DNA of 64,000 bases from an uncultured delta proteobacterium (lineage in GTDB: Bacteria; Myxococcota_A; Polyangia; Polyangiales; Polyangiaceae): positions 64,001 through 128,000 of the forward strand of contig CAVQUB010000010.1 in assembly GCA_963716725.1 (NCBI GenBank). Reading direction: 5' to 3'. The position numbers and the translations under genes are program-made. The notes beneath the pieces were generated by a model, which worked only from the letters and a program-made list of their open reading frames with translations, had not been told where the DNA came from and did not search any database. Below, piece by piece: positions 7,829 through 17,668 of the stretch; position 1 is the stretch's first letter; every line of letters begins with the position of its first letter.

Positions 7829-10000
7829 ATGTCGCCCCCGACGACTCCAGGCTCCGACGTTGCCGGGAGCGGCAAGGTTGCCGACGAGCGGGTTGGGTCG
7901 GTCCTCTCCGATCGTTATCGGCTCGACTCGCTCCTCGGCGAGGGCGGCATGGGCAAGGTCTACGCCGCCGAGCACGTGCTGATGCGCAAGAAGCTGGCGG
8001 TGAAGATCCTGCACCGCGAGCTGACGGCGGTGCCCGAGGTCGTCGCGCGCTTCGAACGCGAGGCCATGGCCGCGGCGAACATCGACCATCCCAACGTCGC
8101 CGCAGCGACGGACTTCGGCAAGCTCGCCGACGGCTCTGTGTTCTTGGTGCTCGAGTTCGTGCGGGGGAGAAACCTCCGCGACGAGATCGCCAAGGGCCCG
8201 ATGGTCATCGAGCGAGCGCTGGCCATCGTGCGTCAGATTGCCGCGGGCCTGGCTGCGGCCCATTCGCTCGACATCGTGCACCGGGACCTCAAGCCCGAGA
8301 ACGTGATGCTGATCGAGAAGGGCTCGGATCCCGACTTCGCGAAGGTCCTCGACTTCGGCATCGCCAAGGTCCCCATCGGTGAGAAGAGCGCGGACGGGAC
8401 CGTGGGCAAACCGATCACCAAGGTGGGCATGGTGTTTGGCACGCCGGAATACATGGCCCCCGAGCAAGCACTGGGTCAGAGCGTGGACGCGCGCGCCGAC
8501 GTGTACGCGCTTGGCGTGATGCTCTTCGAAATGCTGGCCGGCGTGCGCCCCTTCAGCAGCAAGAGCCCAGTGGGGATCTTGGGCCAGCAGCTCTCGAAGA
8601 ACGCGCCGAGCGTGGCGGAGCGCGCGCCGGGGTTGTTTGTTCCGCCCGCGGTCGAGCATCTCGTGCAGCACATGCTCGCGCGCGAGTCGTCGGAGCGGGT
8701 CCAAACCGCCAGCGAGGTGGTGGCTGCCATCGACGCGCTGCTCGGCCCTGCACCCGCCGGCGGCGCGCGTCTGTTCACCATGGCGGTGGGCTCGCCGCCG
8801 TCGTCGCCGATGAACCCGCGGGTCCAGACCATCCCCGACCTCGACGAGCCCGTGCCGGTCTTGGTCCCGCCGGATGTGATGCGCAACATGGCATCGTCGC
8901 CGGCGCTGTCCCTGGGGTCGTCGCCGGAGGTAGCGCTCGTCGCTCCCCCAGAGTCGTTCCGCGGGCCGGTCTCCGTTCCCGACGCCCTCGAAGCGGATCT
9001 CGACGCGCCGTCCCACCCGTCGCTCAGCATTCCGGGCCTCACCGGAGTCGGCAAGAAGGACGCGTTCCGAGCCGCCCTCGACGACATTGCATTCAAGGCC
9101 AAGCGTGGGCTGTCGAACACCCTCGATTGGATCGACGCGCAGCGTCCGCGCTTGCCGCCGTCGGTGCGAGAGCCGCTCGCTCAAGTGCCAGCATCGGCCT
9201 TGTTCGCCGCGGGCCTGGTACTGCTCGCGCTGGCCGTGCTGATCCCGGTGTTGACCGTGGGAGCTGTGGTCGGAGGACGGAGCGGTGCGGCGACGTCCGT
9301 GAGCGCGCCTGCCACGGGCTCCGCTCCCGGCCCGTCTGGCGCCGCCGCTCAGCCGACCGAGCCAAACCTGCTCGCGAACGAAGATGACCTCGCGTCGGCC
9401 AGGAAGGCGGGAGTGCCCGCCCTCGCGGAGCTCCTGGCGAAGCACCCGAAGGATGCGCGCATCTTGATCGCGGCGGCCAAGCTGGAAATCGCGGCCAAAA
9501 AGCACGCGGACGCGGTCGCGACCCTCGGCAAGGCGCTGGTGATCGATCCCAGCATCAACGAGAGCCCGGAGCTTGCCAGCGCGCTGTGGACCACGGCGCA
9601 AGCCAAGGACTCGACGGCCGCGAGCTTCGAGTTACTCGAAGGTCCGATGGGCGCTCGGGGCGCAGACATGATCCACGATCTGGCGACGGACAAACGGGTT
9701 CGACGCGAGGTGCGCGAGCGCGCGGACACCTGGCTCGGATCCGGGCAGTTCCAGCGTCAATCGGATCCCAAGCTCAATGTGCTGGTCGCGCTCGAGCGGG
9801 CCACGACCTGCAAGCAGCGTTACGCGCTGTTGGCCCGGGCCAAGAGCCAAGGGGACGAACGCGCCCTGGCCTTGCTCCAGAGCTACCAAAAGCAGAGCGG
9901 CTGCGGCAAGAAGGGCACCGACGACTGCAACCCGTGCATGCGTTCGGACGACCGTCTCGCCGAGGCAACGGCGGCCATCCGCGAGCGAACCAAGAAGTAG
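7829..10000 (+). CDS. Hanks-type Ser/Thr kinase, membrane-anchored, TPR-like C-terminus
   Basis: GEGGMG, AVK, HRDLKPEN, DFG, GTPEYMAPE; TM segment. Confidence 0.95.
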   Translation: MSPPTTPGSDVAGSGKVADERVGSVLSDRYRLDSLLGEGGMGKVYAAEHVLMRKKLAVKILHRELTAVPEVVARFEREAMAAANIDHPNVAAATDFGKLADGSVFLVLEFVRGRNLRDEIAKGPMVIERALAIVRQIAAGLAAAHSLDIVHRDLKPENVMLIEKGSDPDFAKVLDFGIAKVPIGEKSADGTVGKPITKVGMVFGTPEYMAPEQALGQSVDARADVYALGVMLFEMLAGVRPFSSKSPVGILGQQLSKNAPSVAERAPGLFVPPAVEHLVQHMLARESSERVQTASEVVAAIDALLGPAPAGGARLFTMAVGSPPSSPMNPRVQTIPDLDEPVPVLVPPDVMRNMASSPALSLGSSPEVALVAPPESFRGPVSVPDALEADLDAPSHPSLSIPGLTGVGKKDAFRAALDDIAFKAKRGLSNTLDWIDAQRPRLPPSVREPLAQVPASALFAAGLVLLALAVLIPVLTVGAVVGGRSGAATSVSAPATGSAPGPSGAAAQPTEPNLLANEDDLASARKAGVPALAELLAKHPKDARILIAAAKLEIAAKKHADAVATLGKALVIDPSINESPELASALWTTAQAKDSTAASFELLEGPMGARGADMIHDLATDKRVRREVRERADTWLGSGQFQRQSDPKLNVLVALERATTCKQRYALLARAKSQGDERALALLQSYQKQSGCGKKGTDDCNPCMRSDDRLAEATAAIRERTKK

Positions 10001-10001
10001 G

Positions 10002-12035
10002 TCACGGCGCCGGCTGGCGTCCGAGCTTGGCGTCCTCGAGGGCGCGATCGATGACCTTCTCGAAGGCACGCAGCGATTGCGCCCCGCTCAGGCTGTACCC
10101 GTTCACGATGAACGAAGGCGTCCCGCTGACGCCCGCGGATTTCGCCGCCGCCTCGTCCGCGGCGATCACGGGCTCGTGCACGTCAGCCTCGAGCGCCGCG
10201 CGAAACTTCAGCATGTCGAGCCCGAGCTTCTTCGCGTGGGACTCGAGGGAGGACCGGTCGAGGCTCGACTGGTTGGCGAAGAGCAGATCGTGCATCTTCC
10301 AGAAGCCACCGTCGCCCTTCTGAGCATGCGCTTCCATTGCGGCCTGGGCAGCGAGACGCGCATCGCCGTGGAAGGACAGCGGCATGTTGCGCCACACGAT
10401 GCGAACGCGGCCGGCGTACTTCTTCTCGACCTGCGCCAAGGTCGGCAGCACGCGCGAGCAGAAGGGGCACTGGAAGTCCGAGAACACCTGGACAGTGACC
10501 GGAGCCTTGGTCGGGCCTTTGCTCGGGTTGTCCTTGCCGAAGCCCGGCGTCGAGGCCGCGACCGGGAGCGGCTTGCCCGATGCCCCGTGCTTGATCAGCT
10601 CTGCGTACACACCGGCAGCCGGCGTTCCGGCGGAGACCGTGGCCTCGGCTGCCCTGAGCTCGGCGTCGATGAGCGCCTGGAACTTTTCGATGGGCTGGGC
10701 GCCCGAGAGCTTCCGGCCGTTGATGTAGTAGGCGGGCGTTCCCGTGGCGCTCACGTCTTGTGCCAGGTCCATATCGGCTTCAATCGCCGCCTTGTGCGTC
10801 TGCTTGGATAGCGCGGCCTTCACCCGGGCGACGTTGAGCTTCATGGTTGCCGCGAGGGCCACGAGATCCTCGTCGGCCAGCCGGGGGGCAGCGTCAAAGA
10901 GCAACTGGGCCGCCTCCCAGAACCCTTTGTCGCCGCGTTGGGCGCGCGCTTCCGTGGCGAACAGCGCCGCCGGCATGGCGCGATGGTGAAAGGGAAGGGG
11001 CTGGTGCTTGAAGACGACGCGGATCTTGCCGGGATAGCGGCGCAGGAGTTCTTGCACCGTCTTGTGCCCCTTCTTGCAGAAAGGACACTCGAAGTCCGAG
11101 AACTCGACCACGGTCACCAGGGCGTTGGCCGGTCCCGTGCTCGGTGACTTGCCGACGGGCACCTTCCAGACCGTCGTGTCGGGAGGCGGAGGAGCCACCG
11201 GCCCGTCGTCGTCGTCTTCATCGGGAGCGGGGACGCGCAGATTCTCGGCCACGCGTGCCGGATACACCGCGCTAGGGATGGTGCCTGCGCTCCGGAGCTT
11301 CTGTGCGGCGCCGAGCTCATCGTCGACGAGAGACTTGAACGCCTCGTAGGGCTGCGCGCCGATCAGGCGCGAGCCGTTGACTAGAAATGCGGGCGTGCCG
11401 CGCAGCCCGACCCGTTGGGCCAGGGCCATGTCGGCCTCGAGTTTGGCTTGGAGATCTCTGGACCCCACCTTCCGGATCAGCGCGCCTCGGTCCACGCCGA
11501 CCTGGGCGGCCCACGCGAGCAGGTTGGCGTCGGAGAGCTGGGACTGCCCCTGGAAGACGAGCTCCACATAGGCGAAGAACGCGGAGGCGCCGGCCAGCTC
11601 GTAGACGGCTTGGGCCGCCAGAGCCGCGGGTACGGCGTCCTGGTGAAATGGCAGCGGGTTGTGCTTGAAGACCACCCGCAGCTTGCTGGGGCCGTACTCG
11701 CGCATCAGCTGAGTGACGCGGGGATGGGCCCGGGAACAGAACGGACACTGGAAGTCCGTGAAGACCATGATCGTGACCGGCGCGTCGCCATTGCCCCACA
11801 CCGCGTCGCGCCCGGTCACGGGGACTTCGGTGCTGGAGGCGCCGGCATGTGTGGAGCTACTCCACGCCACATCGCCCGGGGCCGCGCTGTCGTTCGTCGT
11901 CGTTCGAGCCAGGTCGACGTCCGTCGACTTGGGCGTGTTCGCGCCGCGAGGGGAGCCGGAGCCCCCCCCACACGCGACGCCGAGCAGCGTCAATACGACG
12001 GCGAAGAAGATCTTCGCTGCTCGGCGCTTCGTCAC
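10002..12035 (-). CDS. Triple thioredoxin-fold DsbA-family lipoprotein
   Basis: Lipobox GVAC; three DF(Q/E)CPFC motifs each with a GTP cis-Pro loop. Confidence 0.92.
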   Translation of the reverse strand: MTKRRAAKIFFAVVLTLLGVACGGGSGSPRGANTPKSTDVDLARTTTNDSAAPGDVAWSSSTHAGASSTEVPVTGRDAVWGNGDAPVTIMVFTDFQCPFCSRAHPRVTQLMREYGPSKLRVVFKHNPLPFHQDAVPAALAAQAVYELAGASAFFAYVELVFQGQSQLSDANLLAWAAQVGVDRGALIRKVGSRDLQAKLEADMALAQRVGLRGTPAFLVNGSRLIGAQPYEAFKSLVDDELGAAQKLRSAGTIPSAVYPARVAENLRVPAPDEDDDDGPVAPPPPDTTVWKVPVGKSPSTGPANALVTVVEFSDFECPFCKKGHKTVQELLRRYPGKIRVVFKHQPLPFHHRAMPAALFATEARAQRGDKGFWEAAQLLFDAAPRLADEDLVALAATMKLNVARVKAALSKQTHKAAIEADMDLAQDVSATGTPAYYINGRKLSGAQPIEKFQALIDAELRAAEATVSAGTPAAGVYAELIKHGASGKPLPVAASTPGFGKDNPSKGPTKAPVTVQVFSDFQCPFCSRVLPTLAQVEKKYAGRVRIVWRNMPLSFHGDARLAAQAAMEAHAQKGDGGFWKMHDLLFANQSSLDRSSLESHAKKLGLDMLKFRAALEADVHEPVIAADEAAAKSAGVSGTPSFIVNGYSLSGAQSLRAFEKVIDRALEDAKLGRQPAP

Positions 12036-14002
12036 TTCACTTCCTTCATCGCGCGGTTGATCACCTTCTTGAAGGCGCTGATCGGTTGCGCACCGCTGAT
12101 GTAGTAACCGTTGATGACGAACGACGGGGTGCCGCTCACTCCCGCCTTGTTGGCGACCTCGGCGTCCTTCTCGACGCGCGCCTTGTGCTTGCCGCTGTCC
12201 ATGGCCGCTTTGAACTTCGCCATGTCGAGGCCAAGCTCCTCGGCGATCTTGTCGAGGCCCGGGCGCTTCAGGCCATCCGGCGAGCCGGAGGCTTCGAAGA
12301 GCTTGCCGTGGAACTTCCAGAATCCAGCGTTGCCCTTTTGAGCATAGGCCTCGCGCGCGGCCTGAGCGGCGCCGGGGGCTTCCTGGTGGAAGGGCAGCGG
12401 CAGGTCACGCCACACGATCTTCACCTTGTTGCCGTACTCCTTCTCGATCTCCGTGACCGTCGGCTCGACTCGCTTGCAGAAGGGGCACTGGTAGTCGCTC
12501 CAGAACTGGATCACGACCTTGGCGTCCTTGCCGCCTTTGTAGGCGTTGTCGGCCTCGGGCGGCGGGACTTCCTTCTTCTCGGGTGGCGGGGGCTCCTTGC
12601 CCTCCTTCATGATCTCTTCGTAGATCTTCGCCTTGGGAGTGCCCTTGGCGACGAGCGCCTTGGCCTTCTCGAGCTCGACGTCGATGACCTTCTTGAAGCT
12701 CTCGAAGGGCTGAGCGCCGCTCAGCTTGCGGCCGTTGATGAAGAATGCCGGAGTGCCGCGGGCGTCGAGATCGCCGGCCTGCTCCATGTTGGCGTCGATC
12801 TTCGCCGCGTACTTCTTGGCGTCGATGTCCTTCTTGATGGTGTCCCACGACAGACCGAGCTTCTCGGCGACGGCCTTGAGATCGTCGTCCTCGAGCTTCG
12901 GCGCGCTCTCGAAGAGCGCGTGGTGGGCGTCCCAGAAGCCCTTGTCGCCCTTCGCCTTGTAGTTCGCGATGCCGACGTAAGCGGCCGGGATGGCCCGGGG
13001 GTGGAAGGGCAGCGCGTTGTCCTTCCAGACCACGCGGACGTCGCCCTTGTAGGCGTCGACGACCTGCTTCATCGTGTCTTCGACGCGCTTGCAGAAGGGG
13101 CACTGGTAGTCGGACCACTGCACGATGGTCACGAGCGCGTCCTTGGGCCCGAGCACCGGATCGTCCGAGGCGACGTTCACCTTGTAGACGGTGGTGTCCT
13201 CGGGCGGCGGCTGCGGGGGCTTCTGCGGCTCGGACGGCTTGCGATCGGCGGCGGCCTCGGGGCCTCCGGCGGCGTTCTTCTTGGTCAGCTCGACGTAGAC
13301 CTTGTCTTTGGGCGTGCCTGCGGCGACGAGCTTCTGCGCCTCCGCGAGCTGCGCGTCGATGACCTCTTTGAACTTCTCGAAGGGCTGCGCGCCCACGACC
13401 GCGACGCCATTGATGCGGAACGCCGGGGTGCCGGTCGCGCCGATCTTGGTCGCCATGGCCATGTCCTCGTCGACCTTGGCCGCGTACTTCTTGGAGGCTA
13501 CGGCCGCCTTGAACTTCGCCATGTCGACGCCGGCAGCCTGCGCCCACTTCTCGAAGTTCTCCGGGGTCAACGCCTGCGCGTTCGCGAACGCGCTGTCGTG
13601 GAACTTCCAGAACGCGTCATTGCCGGCGATGTCGTAGACGGCAGCGGCGGCTTCGTGGGCCGGGCGAGCCTTGTCGTGGAAGGGCAGCGGCTGGTGCTTC
13701 CAGACGATGCGGACCTTCTGCGGGCCGTAGGTGTCCTTGATCTGCTTCATCGTCGGCCCAACGCGGCTGCAGAAGGGGCATTGGAAGTCGCTGATCTCCA
13801 CGATGGTGACCGGCGCGTCCGCGTTGCCCCAGCTCGGGTCCTTGCTGGTGACGGGGATGGGCGAGGCACTGTGGTCGAGGGAGCCGGCTTCGGCGCCCTC
13901 CGCGCTGATCGCTGCGCCCTTGCTGCGATCGATGCCCCACATGAGGCCCATCCCTGCCAAGAAGCAGAGAAAGAAGCCTACGATTGCTGTTCCTTTGTTC
14001 AT
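12032..14002 (-). CDS. Triple thioredoxin-fold DsbA-family protein with N-terminal membrane anchor
   Basis: Three SD(F/Y)QCPFC motifs with GTP loops; AGGAG RBS before ATG 14002. Confidence 0.93.
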   Translation of the reverse strand: MNKGTAIVGFFLCFLAGMGLMWGIDRSKGAAISAEGAEAGSLDHSASPIPVTSKDPSWGNADAPVTIVEISDFQCPFCSRVGPTMKQIKDTYGPQKVRIVWKHQPLPFHDKARPAHEAAAAVYDIAGNDAFWKFHDSAFANAQALTPENFEKWAQAAGVDMAKFKAAVASKKYAAKVDEDMAMATKIGATGTPAFRINGVAVVGAQPFEKFKEVIDAQLAEAQKLVAAGTPKDKVYVELTKKNAAGGPEAAADRKPSEPQKPPQPPPEDTTVYKVNVASDDPVLGPKDALVTIVQWSDYQCPFCKRVEDTMKQVVDAYKGDVRVVWKDNALPFHPRAIPAAYVGIANYKAKGDKGFWDAHHALFESAPKLEDDDLKAVAEKLGLSWDTIKKDIDAKKYAAKIDANMEQAGDLDARGTPAFFINGRKLSGAQPFESFKKVIDVELEKAKALVAKGTPKAKIYEEIMKEGKEPPPPEKKEVPPPEADNAYKGGKDAKVVIQFWSDYQCPFCKRVEPTVTEIEKEYGNKVKIVWRDLPLPFHQEAPGAAQAAREAYAQKGNAGFWKFHGKLFEASGSPDGLKRPGLDKIAEELGLDMAKFKAAMDSGKHKARVEKDAEVANKAGVSGTPSFVINGYYISGAQPISAFKKVINRAMKEVK

Positions 14003-14181
14003 TTCAATCTCCTGAAGATACTCAAATCCAGACCTAGACATTCAGCGCGCCCACGGGCCACCTCGGCAATGCCCGAGGCGACGCGCGGTGCGTGCTCGAC
14101 GACGGGGTGCCGGCTGGCGCCTGCACCCATCCTGATCGATGGCCCTGCGCCGAAGCGCGAGCACTCGTTGACCTGCGACGC

Positions 14182-14601
14182 TCAGGCCGAGCGAGGAGGG
14201 CGGAACACGTCGCTGCAGAAGCCGGGGCACGCAGCGGCGCGCTCCGCATCGCGTGGCGGCTCGGCGCGACCGCGGTCGCGCATGACCTTGAACTCTGCCA
14301 CCGGAGGCGCGCGTTCGACTCCGTCGAAGGGAGCGCTCTGCGGCTGCTCACGCTCCGGTGCCGGGGCGCGCCCGAGCTCGTAGCGCCCCTTGCCTTTGCA
14401 CGGTCTGCCAGTGCGCGCCTCGCCGTCGTGGGACGGGAAGAGCGGGAAGGGAGCGGCGATGCTCTGCGCGTGCTCGTCGCACATCGGGGCGGTTGCGGCG
14501 CTGGCGGCGCTGGTCGCGAGTAACACCACCAACGCCGCGAGCGCGGCGATGCTTCGCGCCGTGGCGCGAGAGCTGAGGCGGACGAGGTGGCGACCGGGCA
14601 T
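14182..14601 (-). CDS. Small exported-type protein ending FRPPRSA; candidate leader/arrest peptide
   Basis: Signal peptide (IAALAALVVLLATSAASA), 4 Cys, C-terminal RPP, co-oriented upstream of the dsbA pair. Confidence 0.65.
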   Translation of the reverse strand: MPGRHLVRLSSRATARSIAALAALVVLLATSAASAATAPMCDEHAQSIAAPFPLFPSHDGEARTGRPCKGKGRYELGRAPAPEREQPQSAPFDGVERAPPVAEFKVMRDRGRAEPPRDAERAAACPGFCSDVFRPPRSA

Positions 14602-14725
14602 CGAGACTGGCGGAGTCTACTCCGAGCTTCCCCGCTCTCAACCAGGCACGAATGCACGATGTTCCGGCTCAGGTGCCCCGTGTCGTTTAGTTGGCCACCT
14701 ACGCCTACATTGGCACCATGCGCTC

Positions 14726-17566
14726 ATGTCCGACCAGAGCCCCGCGCAGAAGTCACCGAAATCGGGCAATAATCCTGCGACCAGCGGCGAGCCGGGGGAG
14801 GTGCTGCCTCGCAGGTTCGGCCGCCTCACGCTGCTCAGGCTGATGGCCCGTGGCGGCATGGGGGAGGTCTTCTTGGCCGCTACTGGGGCCATCGAAGGAG
14901 CAGAGCGCCCCTGCGTCGTGAAGATCATCCGTCGCGAGCACGCCGGCGACCGCTCGTTCTTGGCTCGCTTCCTCGACGAGGCTCGGATCCAATCGCAGCT
15001 GCAGCACCCCGGGGTCGCGCAGATCCTCGAAGCCGCCAACGATGGGAGCGGTCAGCCCTTCGTAGTGGTGGAGCACGTGGAGGGGCGCAACCTCGGAGAG
15101 GTCCGCAACCGAGTGCAACAGCTCGGTGCTCGTATCAACTGGCCCGAAGCGCTCGCCATCAGCGTCAATATGGCGGAAGCGCTGGCTCACGTGCACGAAC
15201 GCACTGACGCGGGGGGGCGCCCCCTCGAGATCGTGCACCGAGACCTGAGCCCGCAGAACGTCATGCTCGGATACACCGGCGACGTCAAACTGATCGACTT
15301 TGGCACTGCGCGCGGTGAAAACCGTCGCTGTCACACCGTCGCCGGAATCGTCTTCGCCAAGCCGGGCTACGTCGCGCCCGAGGTCGCCAACAATACGCCC
15401 GGCGGCGTGCCGGCGGATCTCTACGCCTTCGGTATCATGCTCTGGGAGCTGATCGTTGGGCGGCGGTTCCTCTCTGGAGAGGCGTCGGAGCACATGGCCG
15501 CGGTCGGCGCCGGCAAGAAGAGCCCCATGCCCGTGGCTCAGCTCTGCGACGCGCCGCCCGAGCTCGATTCGATCATCGCGCGACTCACCGCGACCCGGAT
15601 CGAAGATCGCTATGCTTCGGCACGCGAGGCGCTCGGCGACCTGGTCGAGCTGATGAAGCGGGCCCCGAGTCTGCCCAACGGCGAGCGTGGGGTACGGAGC
15701 CGAATCACGCAGCTCATGCACCGGCTGTACCCGGCGGAGCCCGCCCGCAGCCGCGCAGAATTCGTGCGTCTGCTGGCGCAGGCCAAGAAGATCCCGAAGC
15801 CGCGCGTGGTGCTGCCGCCGCCGTCGCCGACGCCGGCGCCGGTCGACGCAGATCCGACCCTGCTGCCCGGCACGCGCTACCGGCTGACCCGGGAGCTCGG
15901 CGCGGGAGCCATGGGCGTGGTGCACGAGGCGTGTCACGTGGATCTGGGCCGGCGCCTCGCGGTCAAGGTCTTGTCGCCAGAGCAGTCGTCGAGCGCCGCA
16001 TCGGAGCGCCTGCGGGCCGAAGCACGCGCCATCGCTCGGGTCGAGCACGAGAACCTGGTTCGGCTTCTTGATTTCGGGATCAGCAGCGACGGGCGCGCCT
16101 TCTACGCGATGGAGCTGCTCGAGGGTGAGACGCTGGACCGCCGGCTTGCTCGTGCGGACTTCGTTGGCTGGCGTGAAGCGGCGCGCATCGGAGCCCAGGC
16201 CTGCGCTGCGCTGGCCGCCGCGCACGCGGCAGGCGTGGTGCACCGAGACATCAAGCCTGCCAACCTCTTCTTGACCACCGACGGGACGGTGAAGCTGCTC
16301 GACTTCGGTGTCGCGAAGCTCGCTCGTGAACTCGACGAAGTCGCCACCGACGGCGAGGCATTCTCCGTGGTCGGCACGCCGGACTACATGGCGCCGGAGC
16401 AGGCGCGGCGTGGCGAGAGCGATGACCGCAGCGATCTCTATGCCCTGGGCGCGGTGCTCTACGAGCTGGTCACCGGCCGACTCCCTTTCGACGCGCCGAG
16501 CACGGTCGCGCTCTTGGACCAAAAGACGAAAAACAAGCCAGAGGCGCCGCGCTTGCGGGCCCCACAGAGAGGAATACCGACCATGCTGGACAAGACCATC
16601 TCCCAAGCCCTCGAGCCGATTGCCGACGACCGTTTCCAAAGCGCAGACGAGATGCGCGAGGCGCTCGATGCGGCCCTTCGTGAGCCCGACGAGAAGCGTC
16701 GTCTGCGTCGTCGCATCGGGCTGGGTATCGTCGGAGCGATGGTGATCGCCATCGGAGTGGTCGGTGGTGTCGCTGGCGCGAAGCCGGACGTTCGCGCTCG
16801 CGCCTGGGCCGCGGCTCAGCCCATCGTGCAGCGTATCAAGGGAACGCCGCCCGCGCCGGTCGCTGCTGCGCCCGCCGTGGACGAGAACGCCGAACCCGCG
16901 GGAGAGACCGACGAGGCCGCGGAGATGGGCGGCGCTGAAGCGCCGGTCGCTGCCGCCGAGGCGCCCAGCGAGGAGAGCACCGAGTCCCCCGCGACGGAGC
17001 AGGTCGAGCCCGAGAAGGCGGAGGCTGAGGCCGAGGTCGCGGCCGCCGAGCCCGAGAAGGCGGAGGGTGAGCCCGAGCAGGCGGAGGGTGAGCCCGAGAA
17101 GGCCGAGGTCGCCAAGGCCGAGCCGAAAAAGGCAGAGTCGAAGGCCGCTGCCGACGACGAGATGTTCAGTGCGCAGCCGGTCGCGGCCGGGAGCGCCGAT
17201 CAGGTGGAAGGCTCGCTGGCGAAGGCCGCCGAGCTCCTGCAGAGCGGCAAGAAGGTCAAGGCGCTCAACGAGTATCGCAAGATCGGCAAGAAGAACCGCA
17301 AGGATCCCCGGGCGCTGAAGGCGTGGAGCGAAGCCGCCGCGCAGATGAAGGGCTACGGCGAGTCGCTCCGGGTCGCGAAGCAATGGGCAGCGGTCGACAA
17401 GGGCATCGAGTCCCGCATGTTCCTCGCCGGCATGCAGCGGAAAGTGGGCAAGCGTGAGGAGGCGATCAAGACCTTGAACGAGCTGCTCACCGAGCGACCC
17501 GGCTGTCAGGAAGCGCGGACGATGCTCAAGGGCCTGAGCCCCGAAGCGCGGGTCGCGCAACGCTGA
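14726..17566 (+). CDS. Ser/Thr kinase with two tandem kinase domains, TM, acidic linker and TPR tail
   Basis: HRDLSPQN/DFG/APE and HRDIKPAN/DFG/APE; start placed at ATG 14726. Confidence 0.92.
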   Translation: MSDQSPAQKSPKSGNNPATSGEPGEVLPRRFGRLTLLRLMARGGMGEVFLAATGAIEGAERPCVVKIIRREHAGDRSFLARFLDEARIQSQLQHPGVAQILEAANDGSGQPFVVVEHVEGRNLGEVRNRVQQLGARINWPEALAISVNMAEALAHVHERTDAGGRPLEIVHRDLSPQNVMLGYTGDVKLIDFGTARGENRRCHTVAGIVFAKPGYVAPEVANNTPGGVPADLYAFGIMLWELIVGRRFLSGEASEHMAAVGAGKKSPMPVAQLCDAPPELDSIIARLTATRIEDRYASAREALGDLVELMKRAPSLPNGERGVRSRITQLMHRLYPAEPARSRAEFVRLLAQAKKIPKPRVVLPPPSPTPAPVDADPTLLPGTRYRLTRELGAGAMGVVHEACHVDLGRRLAVKVLSPEQSSSAASERLRAEARAIARVEHENLVRLLDFGISSDGRAFYAMELLEGETLDRRLARADFVGWREAARIGAQACAALAAAHAAGVVHRDIKPANLFLTTDGTVKLLDFGVAKLARELDEVATDGEAFSVVGTPDYMAPEQARRGESDDRSDLYALGAVLYELVTGRLPFDAPSTVALLDQKTKNKPEAPRLRAPQRGIPTMLDKTISQALEPIADDRFQSADEMREALDAALREPDEKRRLRRRIGLGIVGAMVIAIGVVGGVAGAKPDVRARAWAAAQPIVQRIKGTPPAPVAAAPAVDENAEPAGETDEAAEMGGAEAPVAAAEAPSEESTESPATEQVEPEKAEAEAEVAAAEPEKAEGEPEQAEGEPEKAEVAKAEPKKAESKAAADDEMFSAQPVAAGSADQVEGSLAKAAELLQSGKKVKALNEYRKIGKKNRKDPRALKAWSEAAAQMKGYGESLRVAKQWAAVDKGIESRMFLAGMQRKVGKREEAIKTLNELLTERPGCQEARTMLKGLSPEARVAQR

Positions 17567-17668
17567 CGCGCATTTAGTCGCAGGTAGCGGCACCCCAAGC
17601 TGCGCCGGGTCGTCCTTGGTGGACAGCCCGGCGCATTGGCTCTAAGAGCCGGGGCCTCCCGAGTCACG

